Below, piece after piece: positions 36,601 through 40,006 of a stretch of DNA of 40,006 bases. Both the position numbers and the translations under genes were made by a program. The DNA is taken from assembly GCA_030619405.1 (NCBI GenBank), contig JAUXBK010000001.1, positions 1 to 40,006 of the forward strand. The letters run 5' to 3'. Numbering within the stretch: position 1 is the stretch's first letter; every line of letters begins with the position of its first letter. The notes beneath the pieces were generated by a model. That model did no database searches. It saw only the letters and a list, made by a program, of their open reading frames with translations, and was not told where the DNA came from. The stretch is from Sedimenticola sp. Lineage in GTDB: Bacteria > Pseudomonadota > Gammaproteobacteria > Chromatiales > Chromatiaceae.

Positions 36601-37650
36601 GAAGATGCGGGACTGCTCCGCGGGGCCCAGGCGCGCATACAGGGGCAGCACTTCGGTCAGCGGCATGCGGTGTTTTCGCAGGCTCTCGGCCGTCTCCCGT
36701 ATCTCCCGTTCACCACTCAGAAACACCAGGATGTCACCCCGTTTCCGGTCGCTCAGTTCGTCCACTGCTGCCAGGATCGCCTGTTGCATCCCCTCGTCAC
36801 GCTCGCCGCCTCCCTCCTCCAGCGGCGGCCGGTAACGCAGCTCTACCGGGTAGGTCCGGCCGGAGACGTTGACCACCGGTGCCCCACCGAAATGGCTGGC
36901 GAAGCGGTCCGGGTCGATGGTGGCGGAGGTGATGATCAGCTTCAGATCCGGCCGACGGGGCAGTAGTTGCTTCAGATAACCGAGCAGAAAATCGATATTG
37001 AGACTGCGCTCGTGGGCCTCGTCGATGATCAGGGTGTCGTATTCGTTGAGCCAGCGGTCGCGCTGGATCTCCGCCAGCAGCATACCGTCGGTGACCAGCT
37101 TGATCTGGCTCTCCGGGCTGACCCGGTCGTGGAATCTCACTTTGAAGCCGACACAGGTGCCCAGCTCTCGGCCCAGCTCGGCGGAGATTCGGCTGGCCAG
37201 GGCGCGGGCGGCGATACGCCGCGGCTGAGTATGGCCGATACGGCCATGGATGCCCCGCTCAAGGGCAAGGCAGATCTTGGGCAGCTGGGTGGATTTGCCG
37301 GAGCCGGTCTCGCCACAGAGCACCACCACCTGATGCGCCTCTATCAACTCGGCAATCTCCCGCCAGTGCTCGCTGATGGGCAGCTCTGTCGGAAACCGGG
37401 GTTCCGGGCGCTGCCCTCTCCGCCGCTCCGCCAGGGCGTGGGACTTGGTTATCTGCCCGCGGAGGCGATCGAACTCCTGATCCACCGGTTTGCCCTGCCG
37501 CTGCTGCCTTTGCAACGACCGCAGCCTGTGTCTGAATCCATGCCGGTCACTGAGCATGCAGCCATTGATGGCCAGGAGATCAGGTGATGGGCGGGATTTC
37601 ACAGGGGACACCAGGCAGACAGATCCAAACAGTTCGTTTTGCGGCCTCAT
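33691..37650 (-). CDS. hrpA: ATP-dependent RNA helicase HrpA (DEAH-box)
   Basis: 1319 aa with GETGSGKSTQLPK, DEAHERS and SATID blocks and a long C-terminal HrpA-specific region. The exact start is uncertain. Confidence 0.95.
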   Translation of the reverse strand: MRPQNELFGSVCLVSPVKSRPSPDLLAINGCMLSDRHGFRHRLRSLQRQQRQGKPVDQEFDRLRGQITKSHALAERRRGQRPEPRFPTELPISEHWREIAELIEAHQVVVLCGETGSGKSTQLPKICLALERGIHGRIGHTQPRRIAARALASRISAELGRELGTCVGFKVRFHDRVSPESQIKLVTDGMLLAEIQRDRWLNEYDTLIIDEAHERSLNIDFLLGYLKQLLPRRPDLKLIITSATIDPDRFASHFGGAPVVNVSGRTYPVELRYRPPLEEGGGERDEGMQQAILAAVDELSDRKRGDILVFLSGEREIRETAESLRKHRMPLTEVLPLYARLGPAEQSRIFQPGGQRRIILATNVAETSLTVPGIHYVIDTGFARISRYSHRSKVQRLPVEQISRASSDQRKGRCGRVAAGICIRLYPEEAFEARPEFTEPEILRTNLASVILQMKILGFGEIEAFPFVDPPDNRLIRDGYRILSEIGAIGGDRQVTPLGRQLARLPVDPRIGRMLLAAAQGHCLNEVLVIAAALSVQDPRDRPLEKQQAADEAHHPFRHEESDFLGFLNLWRHLEEQQRHLSRRKFHQHCQKIFLSWTRVQEWRDIHQQLRLEMHGMGFRENQAEAGYEEIHRALLTGLLSHIGRKGSGKGHEYLGTRNSRFMLFPGSALFRKQPKWVMAAELVETTRLYARSAALIQPAWVESVAGELVKRGWSEPHWEKVRGQVAAYEKVTLFGLPLVPRRKVNFGPIDPVLAREIFIRSALVDGDFHTRARFWRHNRELIDEVEMLEHKTRRRDLLVDAERIYAYYDQRIPEGIYSTPRFERWLRSATASQPKLLHMRLQDLMSRALEQPDEERFPGQMSLNGVQLPLEYHFEPGHQADGVTLKIPLAVLNQVSEERCEWLVPGLLRERVIALLRTLPKSLRRSFVPVPEYADACLQRLEPSDKPLTRALAEQLKSLTGVHIPEAAWNESTLPGHLQMNFQLLDNRGQCIAAGRDLLDLKQRYGDQAQVGHQALDDSGLEREGLTDWTFGTLQQSVMLERGGIRLMGFPALVDRGARVDLRILDSQANAQRATLGGLRRLFMLQLPREIRYLRRNLPGLQQLRLQYAKAAAPPKGFETPGKQELERELVALIVDLCFIEGMPAVRDEESFRQRLDERRGELMGWADAALKLLTEILAGYQSLRRELSGITQINWVASVADMKQQLDRLVFHGFLQHTPYRQLQHFPRYLKAMALRLEKLQHTARRDQQWLKEMQGFYRQWQERDEKYRKSGKQDPRIEELRWAFEELRVSLFAQEVGTAYPVSIKRLRKRWQELGL

Positions 37651-37736
37651 AGACCTGAAACGGCGTGATTGTACCCCAATTCGACGCTATCAGATGCAGA
37701 GCAAAGATCTGCAGTATGCATTCACGGCCTAAAAGC

Positions 37737-37924
37737 AGCCGCGGATTAACGCGGATCAAACACGGATTGATTTGATAACACAGACCTCTCGAACTCTACT
37801 TTTGAGCGCCGAAGCTGATTTGCTGCCCGATCTCCACCCCAGTAGCCTTCAATTGTTGATCAATTGCGCCCCGTCTTTGGGCCTATAAACTTTATCCGTG
37901 TGTAATCCGCGTTAATCCGCGGCT
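37737..37924. mobile_element. MITE-like element bounded by ~31-bp terminal inverted repeats
   Basis: The left arm is AGCCGCGGATTAACGCGGATCAAACACGGAT (37737-37767). The right arm is ATCCGTGTGTAATCCGCGTTAATCCGCGGCT (37894-37924). They match at 29 of 31 positions. The 126-bp interior has no ORF. It lies in the hrpA/HDOD spacer. Confidence 0.6.
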
Positions 37925-37959
37925 AAATGCCTTTATGATCCCGTGAACGGCTATGATCT

Positions 37960-38775
37960 TTAGATAATCAGGTCCACCAGCCGTTCGTACAGCCGGTTCA
38001 CCTTCGACAGCAGATCGGGGTCATGAAACTGTGATGGCAAGTCGACATCCTCTCCCCCGAGCTCCTGGTGGGCCAGGCGATCGGCAATCCATACCAACCC
38101 GCCTTCAGACAACCTGGAAAAACCGTCGTGATGCTCTTCGGCACAGCGCCCGAACAGCGCCGGCAGTTGCCAGCGGTCGAGCAGAGCCGCGCCTGCATTG
38201 GTGTGGGAGAATCCCAGAAGTTCCCGTTCCACTTTGATCAGTGGTCCGCCGCCTGCTTCCACCTGCAGCAGCACCTCCCGATATTCGACCGGCATCCGTT
38301 GCAACAGGAGCAATTTACCGACATCGTGCAGCAAACCAGCTACGAACAACTCTTCCGGACGTCCGACCCGGTGCAGCTCCGAGAGTTTCCGGCTGGCGCA
38401 GGCCACATACAGGCTGTGGCGCCAGAATCCGTTCATATCGATCAACTGCTTGTCGATGCCAAAGAAGAGATCCTTCACCTCGGTGGTGAACAGAATCCAC
38501 CAGAGATCGAAGGCCCCGATGCGCAGGATCGACTCGGAGACCGTACTGATCTCCCGCGACAGACCGTAATAGGCCGAGTTGGCGAGGCGCAGGGTACGCG
38601 CTGTGAGACCCGCATCGGTCTCCATCACCCGGATGACAAGATCCATGCCTGACACCTCTGATGCGAGTGCATCGTAGATCTCCAGCAGCACATGGGGCAA
38701 TGAGGGCAAGGTTGCGTTGTCGAGCAACCACTCGACCCTCCTGCCACCTTCGATTACCTCACTCACATTGTGCAC
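37960..38775 (-). CDS. HDOD-domain signalling protein
   Basis: 271 aa. It has the HDOD pattern (LPSLPHVLLEIYDAL .. LRLANSAYYGL .. HDVGKLLL). Confidence 0.85.
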   Translation of the reverse strand: MHNVSEVIEGGRRVEWLLDNATLPSLPHVLLEIYDALASEVSGMDLVIRVMETDAGLTARTLRLANSAYYGLSREISTVSESILRIGAFDLWWILFTTEVKDLFFGIDKQLIDMNGFWRHSLYVACASRKLSELHRVGRPEELFVAGLLHDVGKLLLLQRMPVEYREVLLQVEAGGGPLIKVERELLGFSHTNAGAALLDRWQLPALFGRCAEEHHDGFSRLSEGGLVWIADRLAHQELGGEDVDLPSQFHDPDLLSKVNRLYERLVDLII

Positions 38776-39099
38776 CAGACATCAATTTTCGGGCGATAGC
38801 AGACCAGCACCAGAGAGTGGAAAAGGTATGTGCAGGTTTCAGTCAAGGGTCAACGATCCGTAAATTAATCATCATGTTCCCTGAATATAACGACACTTAA
38901 GGAAAAATCTTCACTGGTGACTGAAAAGAGACCGTCCCACCCCCAAACGTAACCGTTCAATACCTCTTGCCTTAATCAATCGAGTCTGATCGACGCCACC
39001 AGCGACGCCATCGACGATAATGACCGGTAAATCCCGGGGTTGCGTACGACAACTCATTGTGGTTTACGATACACAAAACGAAACACATGGGTATATGAG

Positions 39100-39312
39100 A
39101 TGAGAACCAACATCGTTCTTGATGACGCTCTGGTCAACGAAGCCTTCGCATTAACGGGTGTACGCACGAAAAAGGAACTCGTAAACCTCGCACTACGGGA
39201 GCTTATCGCCCAGCGCAGGAAAAAGGACCTGCTCGATCTTGCCGGTAAACTGGAATTTGCTGATGACTTCGACCACAAAGCACTAAGGCATATGCGCAAT
39301 GATCCTGATTGA
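39100..39312 (+). CDS. vapB: Type II antitoxin, VapB-type
   Basis: 70 aa starting MRTNIVLDDALVNEAFALTGVRTKKELVNLALRELI. Its stop overlaps the downstream PIN-toxin start by 14 nt. Confidence 0.8.
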   Translation: MRTNIVLDDALVNEAFALTGVRTKKELVNLALRELIAQRRKKDLLDLAGKLEFADDFDHKALRHMRNDPD

Positions 39313-39394
39313 TACCTCGGTCTGGATCACCGTCCTACGCAATCGTTCCGGGGAAGCACAGCGGCTACGGACATGGCTTGCCGGGCAAATGTAG
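39299..39394 (+). pseudogene. vapC: Truncated VapC (PIN-domain) toxin, N-terminal 31 codons only
   Basis: It encodes MILIDTSVWITVLRNRSGEAQRLRTWLAGQM then a stop. This is the canonical PIN N-terminus with the first catalytic Asp. The similarity ends abruptly and the downstream sequence is unrelated. Confidence 0.75.
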
Positions 39395-39645
39395 CCACTA
39401 TACTCGGCAAGAGCACACTGGGAGATCGCGATCAGAATTATTGGCAAAACTGTTTTGATCAATAGTCGTAGGGTCAAACTATTCATGCCGATTTTGCAGC
39501 GCAATAGGCGGCAGTCGGCCATAAACGGACGTCCAGATAGCCGTCCCTGGCTCGCCACTATAAAATTTTCTGACATCTAGGAGCCTGTCCGAGAATAGAA
39601 GCCGTGGATGTAGAGGTCATTGGGAGCCAACGGCCTTGAACTCCC

Positions 39646-40006
39646 CTATTCGATGAGCTTGCCGCTCCCGAGCAGATCAGCCGTCATCTTCTCCAACTCT
39701 TCCGCACCCGAGTGAACCACGGTGGGATCAGGCGTGTAATCCAGGGCATCGTTGCGCCGTTCGTAGTCGGCGGAACTCAGGATCACCTTGATAGCGTTGA
39801 GCCTGGCGCGATGTTTATTGTCGGCGCGGACGATGGTCCAGGGTGTCGCCTGGGTGTGGGTGCGCTTGAGCATTTCGTACTTCACCCGGGAGAAATCGTC
39901 CCAGCGTTCCTGGACCTGGAGGTCGATTTCGCTGTGTTTCCACTGTTCCAGTGGATTGGTCCTGCGGATCTCGAAGCGTTTGGCCTGCACATCCTTGCTG
40001 ACGCTA
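39646..40006 (-). CDS. ppk2: Polyphosphate kinase 2 (C-terminal part; 5' end beyond the window)
   Basis: The PPK2 pattern is ..SKDVQAKRFEIRRTNPLEQWKHSEIDLQVQERWDDFSRVKYEMLKRT..PWTIVRADNKHRARLN. The reading frame is open to the window edge. Confidence 0.85.
   Translation of the reverse strand, partial: SVSKDVQAKRFEIRRTNPLEQWKHSEIDLQVQERWDDFSRVKYEMLKRTHTQATPWTIVRADNKHRARLNAIKVILSSADYERRNDALDYTPDPTVVHSGAEELEKMTADLLGSGKLIE

Noticed and set aside
37768-37893. A short reading frame inside the MITE-like element (..AIDQQLKATGVEIGQQISFGAQK stop on the minus strand).
   Set aside because: It spans only about 27 codons between stop codons and has no start codon. There is no support for coding.
39283-39576. 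97-aa minus-strand ORF overlapping the vapC remnant.
   Set aside because: It is a chimeric frame. Only the first ~27 codons look like a signal peptide, and the remainder is the antisense of vapBC sequence. I treat it as a gene fragment at a rearrangement junction, not an intact CDS.

Overview
This is a high-GC chromosomal window, probably from a gammaproteobacterium, and about 90% of it is coding. All calls rest on motifs I recognised by eye in the ORF track; no searches were run.

Core content: the backbone is housekeeping. From about 6.9 to 26.1 kb it is colinear with the E. coli rsgA-orn-queG-nnr(yjeF)-tsaE-amiB-mutL-miaA-hfq-hflXKC-yjeT-purA region. Here hisZ is added next to purA. The left end carries uvrY(gacA)-UDG-uvrC. 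The right end carries a lytic transglycosylase, cysC, ychJ, hrpA, an HDOD protein and a partial PPK2.

Accessory content, set against that backbone:
1. An orphan CbbQ/NorQ-type AAA+ ATPase plus CbbO/NorD-type VWA protein has no client gene nearby. It has an 18-bp perfect inverted repeat between the two genes. Its upstream region holds a near-consensus sigma54 -24/-12 element, CTAG-rich heptad arrays and nested palindromes.
2. An AT-richer RHH-antitoxin/MazF-like toxin cassette is inserted antisense between miaA and mutL.
3. An M48 metallopeptidase is translationally coupled to a small CXXCH protein between orn and rsgA.
4. A same-strand cyclic-di-GMP cluster runs PAS-GAF-(GGDEF remnant)-EAL, small ORF, DUF1631, PilZ.
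5. An intact vapB is followed by a vapC truncated at a rearrangement junction.
6. At least four REP-like palindromic repeat families and two elements bounded by terminal inverted repeats occupy intergenic spacers.

I found no rRNA, tRNA, CRISPR array, transposase or integrase. I see no clear-cut new multi-gene system such as a defence island. The best candidates for something undescribed are the orphan Q/O locus with its unusual regulatory architecture and the DUF1631-centred c-di-GMP cluster.
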